Of a stretch of DNA of 64,000 nt, positions 37,644 to 51,572 are shown piece by piece (the stretch's first letter is position 1; each line of letters opens with the position of its first letter). The translations under genes were made by a program, and so were the position numbers. Below the pieces are notes generated by a model, which saw only the letters and a list, made by a program, of their open reading frames with translations, made no database searches and was not told the origin of the DNA. The DNA comes from Nemertoderma westbladi (taxonomy: Eukaryota; Animalia; Xenacoelomorpha). The DNA lies in contig JAUCBJ010001113.1 of assembly GCA_032718475.1 (NCBI GenBank), forward strand, positions 1 to 64,000, given 5' to 3'.

Positions 37644-38114
37644 CTAATTATATTTTACAGCTAAAAACCCACCAGCAAACAACAATAAATTATTAACCAG
37701 TTTGTTGAATATAGGATAATATATATGAAATTTAATTGGTGAACATATTAATGTACATTTACCGGTATAGAAACAGCAAACAACAACAATATTATTTATT
37801 CTGACTTTACAGTTATTGAACATTTCTGGCTCATATGAAATTTCTAGTTTGACATTATCAAATATAACATAAAACCCGATATTGTTTAAAAGTAACCTAT
37901 AGATTACGGTGTCAATACTAAAAATATAAGTACACAAATTAATAGATTTAAAAATCAAATTAATGTTTGTTTTTTCAAATATATGCTTTTTAACTTTATT
38001 AAAATTATATTTTCTACCAAGAATTGTTATTCGTCCATTTGTAAACATTAATAAGGTTGGACCAAATACCTTATATATAAACTGATTAGGTTTGAGTACA
38101 ATTTTACCTGACAA
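37644..38114 (-). CDS. TATA-binding-protein-like ORF in the Polinton
   Basis: Two TBP-type repeats, TLLMFTNGRITILG and SYEPEMF...VVVCCFYTGKCTL (compare TBP TALIFSSGKMVCTG and SYEPELFPGL...VLLIFVSGKVVL). Confidence 0.7.
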   Translation of the reverse strand: MSGKIVLKPNQFIYKVFGPTLLMFTNGRITILGRKYNFNKVKKHIFEKTNINLIFKSINLCTYIFSIDTVIYRLLLNNIGFYVIFDNVKLEISYEPEMFNNCKVRINNIVVVCCFYTGKCTLICSPIKFHIYYPIFNKLVNNLLLFAGGFLAVKYN

Positions 38115-39805
38115 TCATAGCCAATTACTATATAATTGAAAGTTGAATTACACAAATATTATAAATTATAAAATACAATTTTTAATTTTAATTTCCACCA
38201 CCACCAAAATTAAATTTAGTAAGAATTTTTACATCCCTCCACCAAACACAAGTCTAAAACTTGGATTCAGTACCGGTCTTGGAGGTTGAAATATTTTACC
38301 TGACAATTGATTTTTTAATTCTTTTAAATTAAGTCCATAAATGATCTGCTTACAACTTATATTTTTATTTACTATTTGATAATTCATCATCAACATCATC
38401 ACCTTTTGGTTCTTCATAAATTTGTATATTTGATATTTTTATAGATTTTTTGAGGTTTGTTTTATAGTGCCCCCAAGGAAGTGATTGATTTTAATGATGT
38501 AATTTAGATTGAAATCTGTGTATGTTTTTTTTTTATTTCTTCATTTGAGTTATATGCTTTTAAATATTCTTCATGAGTAATATTCGTTTCCACAACAGCT
38601 CTTGTAATACCTTTTGCTCTGCGAATATTTCTGTTATTCCATTCCAAAATTGAATATAATTTTGGTCTTAAAAATACTGCTTGTTTAATTTCACGTGAGG
38701 CTAGTTCATCTTTACAATAATAAAGTCTCGATTTATTTTTATTACTATAAAGCGGGTGATCCGGAGGGTAATTGGATGTATCTAAAATATTATTTTTAGT
38801 TAATGCTTTTAAAAAATTACTCTGCGATGTATTATAATAACAACCTATTAAAGAGTCTGTATCTGATGCAACAATTTCAATATGACAGTTTAATTCTTTC
38901 TCAATAGGCAGTAATCTATTGTAATACAGTTCATACATATCAAGTTTAGCCAAATCCAACACCACGCTACCAATAAATATAGGCTTATCGAGAGTTACTG
39001 AGTCTTTCACTAATAAATGACCCAATAATGTATTATTGTATATTATAAATTGTTCATGATTAATACGTTTCACCAATTGGTCACATTTATCATTGTTATT
39101 TGTGATGCGAAAGTTACATCGTTCCCGTATCTTTTCTATTGTCTTACCAAATAAAGAGTTATTAAGCAGCTTTGCGACAGCCATTTCAATGTAATTTTTT
39201 GCTAGTCGTCTTTGATTAATATTAAAATCTATGTAATTTTTAAATACAAATTCTTGTTGAAAAGAATATAATTTATGTAGTTTAGTAACAAATAATCCTT
39301 GTTTTATATAAAATTTTAACAGTTTCTAATGTAAATGTTAAAATTCTTTATCAAATTGCGTCAGCACGAGTTTTGGAGTAGATATCTTATATTTACCGGA
39401 GGTGCCTGAAATAATGACTATTAATTTATCACTCCTGACTGTCCGACATATATTCAATCAGATATATTTTAGATAACACAATTACACCGGTAGGCATGAT
39501 ATACCGGTTACAGAGTACTACAGTACTGCAGTACCACGGTACAGCAGTAGACTTTTCTGCACTTACGGTCCGGACAGATTACCATTAGAAACCGTCATTA
39601 CTTACTCTCTTACTTCAAGGCCTCTTAGGTCCAAGGGTGATCTTAACAATCTCCCCCTTTCTGTATTAATTAAGAAGACAATGAGTTAGTAATATATACT
39701 TGAGTTATAAATTAAGTAAGGATTATATAGTTTTAAACTGAAAGTTAATTTAAGTTTCCAGTTGTATATTAATACTGTGAGTCAGGTCAGTTTAGTTTAA
39801 ATAGT

Positions 39806-42800
39806 TTATTCTGTATTTCCACAATCAATCATCTTCAATAGTTTCGTCCGATCTGCCTTACGTTTGGTAAGACAGTCCGCAAGTTGCTCAGCTGTACAGA
39901 CCCACTGCACTTCAACTTCTCTACGATCAACCATTTGTCTCATAATTGCCATATCGATGCGAAGTCGCTTGTCCTCAATTGTGTTACTTGTATGAACAGC
40001 TTGGGCTAAGGATCGATTATCAGTGAAACATACAATGGGTAACTTAATATCTTTCAGGAACTGAAGCACCTTCTTCAAAAATATTGCTGCTTCTACGCCC
40101 TCTATCAATGCTAAAGTTTCAGCAGCTAAAGTTGACTTCACAACCCTCTTGAGCTTCTTTGACTGCCATGACAGGGTAGCATGCTTCTTATTGACATCTG
40201 TAAGAAATATAATATAGCCACCCTGTGACCCACCATCTCTAAGATTTCCAAATGAAGCATCTGCATAGACCTCCAACTGGCAGGTATCAACATCAAGACC
40301 ATTCAAATTACAACGCAATCCACAGTGTTGTAACTTCAACTTTCTAATTATTTTATTAACATTTCGCAAGTCTTCTACAGTTGGATGCTTAGTATGAGTA
40401 CTAAGTTCACAGGAATCATAAGCAATGTCTGGTCTTGTTTGATTGGCTACCCAATTGATAGCACCAATCAAGGATCTAAATTTTGTAATCTCTCCCTTTT
40501 TTAGTGGTCTTTCCTTTGCTCCTTGTGGAATATAAATCTCATCTAGCTCCTTAATGTATTTCTCTTGCTGCAGATATATGCCATATGAAGACTGTTCAAG
40601 GAATAATACCAAGTAACGAAAACTTCCTTTACAAATAGGACCAACTGCAAATGTCTCAATAAATGACTTAATTATTTCTTCTTCAAATTGAGCTGTACCT
40701 GCAAACAAAACATCATCAACATGAATGCAGATAACACCACCAATTGAACTGTTTGGCTGTATCCATTTGAAAAGACCAGGATCCAGCTCACATATGTTTA
40801 CTCCCAATTCTTCCAGTCGACTCTTTACTCTAATATACCATGATCTAGGTGCATCATTAAGACCATAGACTGTTTTTAACAATCTCCACAACTGTCCATC
40901 ACTATCTGCTTCTGGTGGTGGGTTGACAAAAACTTCACGGCTAATATTCTCTCCCTGTAGGAATGCTGACTTAACATCTATGGATTTAATACTCCAACTC
41001 ATCATAGAAGCCAGAGATAATGCTAGACGAATGCTGTCTTTTGAGCAAGTTGGTGAGTCAGTTCTTTCTTCAACTATCTCTTCAAATCCGCGAGCTACTA
41101 ATCGCGCCTTTATGTTTCCATTTTCCTTCTCAGTCAAAACCCATTTGAGAGATATAAAATCTTGACTCTGATTATCGACTTCAACATATACATTATTTAT
41201 ACGCCACATGTTTAATTCATGTCTCTTGGCTTCTGCAACTTTCTCCACTTTATCTAAAGTGATATATGTTGGAATTGTTAAGTTAATTCCCTCCTCCTTA
41301 TCTAAGACCCGATAATCATAGACATTATTTAAATCCATCCATTTAGATGGCCCATCGGAATATTCAAGATTAAAACAATGTTTATATTTTCCGGTCGCCT
41401 TACCAGCACGACTTATTACTGTGGCTGTTACTAATTCTTCATTTTCCTTTTCTCTAAACTGCACTCGATCGCCTGCTAGATGATTAACAAAGAGTTTAAC
41501 ATTTGCCACCTCATTGGTTTGTATAATAGGTTTATTTCTCACATCAGCAACTTCTGAAGTATGTTCTTTACCCCCATTGGACATTATTTCAACTGAGTTT
41601 GGTTCATCCTCACCTATCAGATTATCAACTAAAGGACCAGTCTTGGAATTATCAACAGAACAGTGTAAAGAACCATTGTTGTTATCCGCAATTCTAGCTG
41701 AACGTATTCGTGATGGGTGAACACGAACATATGTGCTACCATGTTTTACCAATATTTGTTGACCATCCTGTCCAATGACAGAACCAGGGCCACGCCACTC
41801 TGGAAATTCTATTCGTTTATAATACACCAATTCACCACTGGTAACCTTATCCCCACTATCTCTTACATTGTGTTTTAGAGCACGGCGTAACCGTTCTGAT
41901 GATTCATTTTTAATGAATTCCTGACGAGCAGCATGCATGGCATTAAGATTGTCTGCAACTACAGTGCTTGTGATGTTACCTTCCAAGGCGGGTAGTTTAT
42001 TATCCTCTACTGTGGGACGCATTGGATTTTTTCCAAAAACTAATTGATTGGGTGAAAACCCATGAACATTAGTTAATGCATTGCGAGCAGCAACTGCCCA
42101 TGCCACTGCCACATCAATTTCACATTTTTCTTGAGCCATTATCTTTTGAACATCTAAGCCAAGAACTGCGTTCTGCCGTTCACACAGACCATTGGACCAT
42201 GGTGATTCAGCAGCAGTAGGTAGAACTCTTATGTTAAAATTTTCAGCAAGATTAATAAATTGCGCATTGTTAAATTCACCTCCATTATCTACAAGAAATT
42301 TCCGAGGATGGCCAAATGTAATTATTCACGATTTAAAAATTCCTTGAATTACTTTGTGAGACTGTTTACTCCAAAGCACACAGGCAGAACGATAACGAGT
42401 AAATGTGTCTACCAAATGTAGAATAATATTGTTATTAATAAACTTCAGATCTAATGCAATAGTGTCATTGAACTCATTACTTATTGGTAGACCAACAACA
42501 GGCCTAGGCGGTGGCTTGTTAAATCTGCGACATATGTCACAACTTTTTTGAATTTCTTCTAACTGATTTGCTAGCCCTTCTGGAACACTTCCAGTCCCCT
42601 TAATTAAACGAACTAATTTATCTGCTGGTGCAAACTGGCGGTGCAACTTTATAGCTACTTTCTTCATTTCATCAGTTGACTTTATTTCACACGAAATGTG
42701 AACTTCCTTTACTAATGCAATAGATATGCAAAAATGCCCTGCAATATTATCAACAGTTGGAATCTTTTGTCCAAACATTATTACTTCATTCTTTCTAAAA

Positions 42801-44206
42801 TCAAGAGCTGCATTTGCCTTAGCTAATGAATGTTTAGAGAGTAATAGAGGAATATTGCATGATACCACTGATGCTTGGACATGAACCCGCTTATTGCCAA
42901 TTAGACAAGGAATCTTCACACATTTGTCAGATATCACGTTTTTCCCATCACCAAACCTAAATAAAGTGCAACTTGGAGTTTCAACAACCTCAGATTTTTC
43001 AATATCGCTGAGACTGTCTAGATATGCCATATACCACAACTGCCCACACACTGATTTGGTACAGCCAGAGTCCAGAATTGCTAACCCAATAGTGTCTTCT
43101 AAATACACATTGGTCTGAGCTGTTAAAACATACACATCATCACTCTCACCAAAATCATCCCCTTCATTAAACATACCTGAAATGTCTCTGTAACTTGTAA
43201 GAAGAACATCAACTTCCTCACTGACTGTCTCCCCTTGACCATCACAGAAGTGGGCGGTTTCATTGTCGTCAACTCCAATCCTCCTCTGAAAGCAATTAGC
43301 TGCATAGTGATAAATACTCCCACACCTTAAACATTTAGTTATATTACCATATCGATCCAGGGGATTTCTTACTGCACCAGAACCCCGACTTTGTCCTCGG
43401 TCAAACTGATATGAAGAACCCCGACCTCTGCCAAGCTGATCTGAAAACTGACCTCGACCAAACTGATCACTATGTCCACTATACTGACCACGGGAATACT
43501 GATTCGGCCTTCGATAATTAAACCCACCAACTCCTCCTCCACGCTGGTAACCTTTAAATCCTCTATCAGTAAAATATACCTCATCTTCACCTATTTCATC
43601 CGAACACACTAAAGCTTCCTGCTTTATATCCAACTCACCTAATCCTGATGAAACCTCACTTCTCTTCCCTGAAATTTTCTTCAAGGTGTCTCGCATACCT
43701 TTGAAACTTAAAACAGGGACAGTTGTCCTTGCAAGTTGTTCTTCTGTGTGTGACAGTCCAGCGCTCTTTAAAAGTCTGAATGCAATCACCCCATCTGGCA
43801 GCTCCATACCATGTTTCCTTACTTTTGAATATAAATTATCAAATTCCACCAGATATTCCTCCATGATTATCCCAACTGGACGTATATACTTCTCAAAATT
43901 CTCATAAGCACAAAATGCCAACAGTTCCTTGTCCTTTAAATATAAATCGTCTAGCTTAGTTATTACTTTCTCTAGTCCGTCTTCACCATTTAATTCAGCA
44001 ATTGGTATATCCACTGTAGCTTCCCTCGCTTTTCCGCTCATTGATAACGCCAACACCGGACCTTGTTTCTTTTTATTTAAATCAGTTACTAAACGCCATA
44101 TTTCTATTTCCTTTTTCCAGTCGTCATAGGAAAGATCTGCACGCATTTTGGGGGGTATTTTATAACTTGCTACACCTGCTGATTTGGCCATTTTGTTGAG
44201 GAACAA
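39806..44206 (-). pseudogene. Copia gag-pol with one in-frame TGA (W codon) in integrase
   Basis: CLRCGSIYHYAANC, ILDSGC, DNGGEF, KARLVARGFEE, YGLNDAPRSW, HVDD, KSTLAAET, QLADCLTK. Both ORF pieces share one frame, stop at 42326-42328. Confidence 0.93.
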
Positions 44207-44211
44207 CCACG

Positions 44212-44222
44212 CTCTGCTACCA
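44212..44222 (-). promoter_or_regulatory. Copia PBS for initiator tRNA-Met
   Basis: TGGTAGCAGAG directly after the 5' LTR, complementary to the tRNAiMet 3' end CUCUGCUACCA. Confidence 0.92.
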
Positions 44223-46028
44223 TGAAATAATGACTATTAATTTATCACTCCTGACTGTCCGACATATATTCAATCAGATATATTTTAGATAACACAATTA
44301 CACCGGTAGGCATGATATACCGGTTACAGAGTACTACAGTACTGCAGTACCACGGTACAGCAGTAGACTTTTCTGCACTTACGGTCCGGACAGATTACCA
44401 TTAGAAACCGTCATTACTTACTCTCTTACTTCAAGGCCTCTTAGGTCCAAGGGTGATCCTAACAGTGCCTCTTTGTGCCAATAAGTTATTAAATTGTTCC
44501 CTCATATAAGGTGAAAGCATTGATTCATTTATACTTAAATGCTCGGGGGCTAACGGTAATTGTAATGTTTGTTCGTGAATAGCTTTGGGGTATTTTAAAT
44601 CACATATTAAAAAATATCCAGTAGATCCGTCATTGTCTAAATCTACCAAGTACTCGGTTAGTTTTTCTGGAATTGCATTCTCTAAATGTTTAATACTTAC
44701 TTCTTTGAATTGTGAGGTGGGTAGTTTTTTACTTAAATTCCCAGAATATAAAGAGTTGAAATCAATATTAAAAATATGGCATTCTTCCTTAGTAGAATCA
44801 TATGTACTTGTTTTGGGTATATTTGATTCTATATAATGCTTACGACAAAATGAAACACCACCCCTAATTTATTTTTCAAAATCTCTATATGTCTGATAAT
44901 CCTTTATTAATTCTATTTTACATTTATTATATTTTAGAGCAGCACAATCATAGGTACATGATGCGATACTACAGTAAAAAACCACTTCCAAATCGTAATT
45001 TTGTTTAAAAACATTCCTAAAATTCTCAAATATATCAGCAAACAAGCAAACATTGAGTTTTAAATAGGCTAAAAGATAATCTTTGAGATACACACAGTCG
45101 AATTCTACCCATGATAATCCAGCAAACCTATAATCTTCAATTGTACATGTTTTTTGACTTAAGTTACTAAAAAAATTATTCATAGATGGCAAACCTGTAT
45201 CATTAAATTTATTTATATCTGTCAAGTACTCGTATGGAAATACTCCTTTCCGATTAATTGTTGAGTTATTCAAGTTTGGGTAAAAATATTTCGTTTCTTG
45301 TAGAGTAATAGGTAAAATTGAGCTATAATCATGACTCGCTACAACCTTTGTTGAACACTCAACTAAATTACTTAGGGAAAAGCTTAAAAATTGATATGTG
45401 TCTAGACACGTAACTCAATTTTTTTAGAAGAGTTTTTAATTGGGATAAATGCACTCAGTGAAATATATCGTTCTGTATTTCTCGGTATAACCTTTATATC
45501 CCAATCCGTGTATTTCTTATCTCTAAATCCGGTTTGTAATATACAATGTATATCGTAGTGATTGGCATTGTGCCCGCAAAGTACATACAGGTATCGTTTC
45601 ATGGATAAACTCCGGTTACACCTATTACAGGCCGCCACGATATATTTACCTGTAATATGTGAATGATGTCTGTTTTTCCCTACATTATTATTTAAAGTAA
45701 CATTACAATAGAAACAAAATTTTGCCTATTCAAAATTTACAAAATCAATATTAGTAAATAATATAGTTTTATGGGTGTATATTTCTGACCAACAACATAA
45801 TTCAGTTAAATCAGTATATAATGAATCTAAGAAATCTTGAATACAATTATTATTATTATTTGACTTTACGAATGTTTTCAAATGACATTTTGGAGGATCA
45901 ATTAATTTACTATTGGGAACAATTAAATAACTTACAGCACCCGGTATATGCTCCTGTATAAATTGATTATTAACTGAGGGTTATAAGATACATTCTATAT
46001 CAAAGTAGGTGACAAACAATGGGGATAT

Positions 46029-46201
46029 GGGGATTTAAATATATCGGTCTACTGTAGGTACAGTTGTAAGTCTATTTACTGCTGTATTTGGCTGATATAT
46101 TTACTGTGTTTGGTGCAGTTTAACTGTTTGTTGTTTAAGTTTTTAAATTTCCCGCGTTTATGTTATTATTTAATACATGGCAGTATTTATGGTTAAAAAA
46201 A
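46029..46201 (+). mobile_element. Short A-tailed retroposed insertion in pPolB
   Basis: Flanked by AATGGGGATA / AATTGGGATA. Removal restores RTLSPLFVTYFDIEC. Confidence 0.6.
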
Positions 46202-46420
46202 AATTGGGATAAGGTTCTATCTAAATTTGTAAAACTAATATGTATTCTTTTTTTATTAGGTAGTTTCTCGCGTTGACTTTTTCCTTGATAACAGGCGAGA
46301 CAGTGTCGTTGGAGAACTTCCTTTTGATAAAAATGCACCAAACACCTTTCACAATATTGTCTATTGTGGATATGAAAAGGCACTTAATACTGGAGCACCA
46401 ATTATAGAAATTAGTCTTAA

Positions 46421-47081
46421 GGGGGGGGGGGGGGGGGGTTTCTGGGGGGGGGGGCATTTTCTGACCAAAAAGTCGAATTTTTGAAACATATCCTATCTGA
46501 TGCAGAATTTCATGCTGAATCCAAATATGGAAACCGTTTTCCAATATCTTGCTTAGTTTAACTAAGTAACTTTGTTCTCTAAGAAAAGAGCTTTCGAATG
46601 AGCCCAAAACGAACTCCGTACGACCACTAAAACTGGAGATTATACATTTTGAAGATCTCCGATGAACGATAAGTCTATTCCGTGTAATCCCGCAAAGACC
46701 ACAGAGTCGCTTATTCGAGTCCCGTCTTCATTCCAGAGACTTGAAATTGTCTTATAAACTGATCAGTAGGTCCAATAATCATAAAAAAATACATTCTCAA
46801 TTAAAATTTAGTGCTCTTTCTCGTGGAGACGTCCAATTAGCACCATTGAGCACAGAAATTTGCAGAAATTGAATGCAAACCCCAAACTTCATCTCCATTA
46901 CCGGTATCGCAATGTAGCGGAGCCAGTATCTTCTATCCCAGATATCTCGAAAACTAAGTAACATATGGGAAAACGGTTTTCATATTTGGATTCAGCATGA
47001 AATTCTGCATCAGATAGGATATGTTTCAGAAATCCGACTTTTTGGTCAGAAAATGCGCTACCCCCCCCCCCCCCCCCCCCC
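46421..47081. mobile_element. MITE with TTAA TSD, poly-G/C termini and ~140-bp TIR (Kolobok-like)
   Basis: CATTTTCTGACCAAAAAGTCG...ATCTGATGCAGAATTTCATGCTGAATCC is inverted at both ends, TTAA on both sides. Confidence 0.9.
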
Positions 47082-47266
47082 TTAAACAACGCACTGAGCC
47101 CTGGATGACCTCGGGTATTCTTAGTAATATCAGAGAAAGAGATAACTATTTGTATAAATTTAGGAAATACCGTGTTTTAGCTGATTATAATAATTACTGC
47201 AAATATAGAAACCTTGTCCAACGGAAAATATAAAAAAGCGAAATCCGAATATTTGTACAACAAAAT

Positions 47267-47578
47267 TGTTGTGTTCATGGCTCGCCCCAATCTTTATACT
47301 GTATTATAAGGCAACATGGGTGAAGGGAATATACTAAGGATATATATACTTACGGCTTTAACGGTACATCCAGACTGCTTATTACTGCAGTACTGCTAGA
47401 TACTGACCCCCTGTACACAGTACAGCTGTATGCGCGAACCACTTATGCAGCACGGCTGCAGCGCAACATGTTTAATGATATTATACTGTAACATTATACG
47501 TGTGCTGGTATTATATTGAACTCAAATATATATATGTTATTTACTTCATAACCTCCGCTCGCACTACGAGACATGACA
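47267..47578. mobile_element. Solo LTR (312 bp), TSD AAAAT
   Basis: TGTTGTGT...ACATGACA with a 5-bp duplication. Removal restores NKISENNDNPKSLW in the LINE. Confidence 0.8.
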
Positions 47579-50447
47579 AAAATAAGTGAGAATAATGATA
47601 ATCCTAAAAGTCTATGGTCTACCCTAAAATCTTTAGGTTATAAAAACCTTAAATCTAAATCGAATATTGTTCTGCAAGATAACGGTGAGCTGATTCATGA
47701 TCATACTCTAGTTAGTAATTTACCACAGGTAATCTCTTGTACAGTAGACTGCGATTTGCTAATGACTACAGTTTGACCTCTGTCTGACAGGTAGGATTTG
47801 AACCAGTCTATAGAACCTACACCCATCAGGCCTAACTTACCAAGCAGAATTTCGTGATCTACAGTATCGAAAGCCTTTTGTAGGTCCAACATTACCATAC
47901 CAGTATATAAACCGCAAGGTAGTATATTAGGTCCTCTGCTTTTTGTATGCTATGTAAATGATATGATAAGTAGTATAGATCCCGATTTTAAACTCATTTT
48001 ATATGCCGACGACAGTGCTCTTATTTTCTCTCATAAAGATCCTATCCATATTTCCCAAAAGTTAAGTGCAGTTCCAGAATCCTGTAATGAGTGGTTGGCT
48101 GATAATAAGCTATCCATTCACTACGGTAAGACTGAAAGTATTTTGTTTGGTTCCAAAAGAAAGTTAAAGAAGGTAACTAAGTTTGAAGTCACTAGTAATG
48201 GACATAAGATTGAAAATAAAAAGGAAGTTAAATATTTAGGCGCCACATTGGATAACTGCTTATCAGGAGAAAGTACAGTGAAAAATATTTTCTCGAAAGT
48301 TAACAGTAGGCTTAGGTTTCTATACAGAAATAAAAATAGTTTAAACACCGACTCCCGCAAGTTACTTTGCCCTTCTTTAATACAGTGTCACATGGACTAT
48401 GCGTGCTCTTCTTGGTATGAAGGCTTAACCAAACAGCTTAAATGTAAATTACAAGTAGCTCAGAATAAAGTAGTACGATTTATTAAAGACTACAAACCTA
48501 GGCACCACCTAACTCCAGATGACTTTTCTGAATCTGGACTACTTAACTTAGATAGTAGAGTTAAGCAGCTACGCCTTAACCATGTGCATAAAGTGTATAA
48601 TGGTAAATGTCCCAATTACCTAAAACAACAATTCAACAGAGTACGCGATACACACTCTTACAGTAGCAGAGCTAGTGCTTCAAACTTCTACCTCCCGAAT
48701 TATAAATCCTTTGAATCTGATACATTCTTTTTTAACGGTATTAAAAATTGGAACGCTCTGCCTAATGAAATTAAAAACCTAGATAATCAACATTCTTTTA
48801 AATCTGCAGTTAAATCTCACCTCCGTGTGCAATGTAAAAATAGGTACAATAGTCCTACAGTAAGTTATTAGTTTATTAAATATTTACTATTTATACTGTA
48901 ATTACGTTTTTAATAAATTGTTCTGTACATTACATCTTTATCGTTGAGTTGGACATTGTTACGCTCTCGGTAAAGTTGTACATGTACATAGTGTAATTAC
49001 GTTTTATATTGGTTTTAGGTTAGCGTAGTGTAATATTGTATTTGTAACCAAGTAACATGAAGGACCCCCTTGGAAATAAGCTGCAAAGCTTTAGGGGTAA
49101 TCCTATATGTTATGTTGGACAATACCTTTATACCGGTACATTGTTTGGTGTATTTGTTATTGTTTTTATATAATGTATAAATAAATCTATATGAAGAGCT
49201 TTCGTATTCAGCAATCGATTCAAGTTAGTTATGCTCACATAATGATTTTGTTTACGCACATTATTATTTTTTACTACAAGTAATATATTTAATAAATCTT
49301 TATCTGGTGTAATTTTACTAAACTGAGGTTGTCTTAATATAGATACGGGGGTCTGTTTGTTGTTGTTATTCCAGCATAATAAATTAATCATATATTTCGA
49401 ATTTTGTTTTTCAAAAAGTTTAATCACTAGCTGCCACTCTGTTGGATAATCATTTTTCCTGTTTTCAAAAATGAAATGACTCATATAATTTTTGTGTGAC
49501 AAAGTACGGTTTTGTTGTTGTTTTTCACTTTGCTACTAAATTTTGCGGTTATAATTTGAAACAATCATTATCAACCGTTTGTATATTTATTGTACTGCGT
49601 TTACTCGATAGAGCCTTAGGTAATTCCATATATCCATGTCCCTTATATAGTAACGACCTAGACTTAGAATCAGCTAATTTAATTTCAACTCTTAATAAAG
49701 ATTTAATACGCCAGCCTGAACCACGTGTGTTAAACAAACATGGCTATTTTTTCTAATATATTTTCAAGTATATACTCAAACCATAGATCAAAACTTTGTG
49801 ATGAATCTACAGTATTAATAGCACCACCGGAAGAATTAAAATAAAAGGTTTCTAATTGCTCACCTTCTGAAAAATGTGTTCTGTACATTAATACATTTAG
49901 ACCTAACCATAGTCTAAGAACATTCATTTCTTTCAATCTGTCCAATATTAACTGAAGAATATTACCTCGAATTTGCGCTAATGCTGTTTCTACATCGGGA
50001 TTATCTCTAGAAGTTGGGAGGTCATGGACATAAATTTCAAGACGATTATCGTGAGCGTCTTGTTCCCGCGTAAAAATTGTTGCGCATGTACCATGAGCCA
50101 CCCTTAATTTTTTTCTAGATATTATATTTTTATGTTGTGGAGATTTACGCTTTCTTGTGTAATAACATTTCAAGTGACAGTCGTGTCGTAAATAATTCTC
50201 ATATATATACTCTTTATTACAGGTAGAACAAGTCAATTGATAAGTGTGAAACTCCATTTCTTTACAGCCCGTAGTTGATTCATGTCGTTTACAAATTTCA
50301 CTGCATGAAGTCGTTACATGACACTTAAAACAAGAATAACCTTCAAAATGCGACTTTAGATGACGTAAATAATTATGTCTAGTTACATTCATATGACAGA
50401 ATGAACAACATATTACTATTTTATCCATGTTGAAGTTTGTTTAGATT

Positions 50448-50993
<546 letters not shown>

Positions 50994-51572
50994 GGTGAGG
51001 ACCTTCGAATACGTAAGGGAAAGGCATGGGCAGCCTTGAATAGGCTTTCCAGGATTTGGAAGTCACCTAGAATTAATCGGAAACTTAAGGTCCGATTATT
51101 TAGAGCAGCAGTAGTTCCAGTACTCCTCTACAGGAGTCCATGCTGGGCTCTAACTGCTGAGGACACCAAATCTCTGGATGGCACATTCACAAGAATGCTA
51201 CGCCGGGTACATTGTGTCAAGTACAATGCACACATCTCCAACCAGACACTATATAACATTGGAGGTTTCTCATTGGTTCCCCCAAGCTTGACACTAGAAC
51301 AAAATCGCCTCCGCTTTGCAGGACATTGCTTTCGCCGTGAGGACCAGCCAGTGCATAATCTTGTACTTTGGCAGCCTCATGGAGTGAATAAGCATGGTGG
51401 ACAGCCCATGACTTTCTTGAGACGCATCTTAAAGGACACTGGCCTTAAAGATGCGGATGATCTAGCAAATGTCATGGGTGATAGGGAGTTGTGGCGGTGC
51501 AATTTTGTTGACAAGCCGGCACAGCATTCTTAAAAATGCAGCTGCAATGCAGCATGCCGATCCTAGTAGTAG
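50994..51572 (+). mobile_element. RTE-group LINE 3' fragment
   Basis: Near-identical to 13710-14284, ends CCTAGTAGTAG. Confidence 0.9.

Larger units (their letters stand above)
39407..44464 (-). mobile_element. Ty1/Copia LTR retrotransposon (GalEa-like), 242-bp LTRs, TSD GTGCC
   Basis: LTRs 39407-39648 and 44223-44464 (one mismatch seen), GTGCC on both flanks, PPT GAAAGGGGGAGAT, domain order Gag-PR-IN-RT-RH. Confidence 0.96.
46379..49188 (+). mobile_element. L2/CR1-group (Crack/Daphne-like) LINE, 5'-truncated with an internal inversion
   Basis: EPWMT, inverted [12 protein letters not shown] block, [19 protein letters not shown]; 3' stem-loop GGACCCCCTTGGAAATAAGC...GGGGTAATCC; approximate TSD ATATGAA. 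Confidence 0.9.
38430..50428 (-). pseudogene. Polinton protein-primed DNA polymerase B, fragmented by insertions
   Basis: N-terminal Cys/His fingers, GSGW, INIQ..DNDCFK, CERCL, YFDIEC, endonuclease VII-like H..ITG...AACNRCN, HNANHYD, KGVFPYEY, DFNSLY, KLLNNSLFGK, SDTDS, LRPKLYS, RAKGI. Confidence 0.93.
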
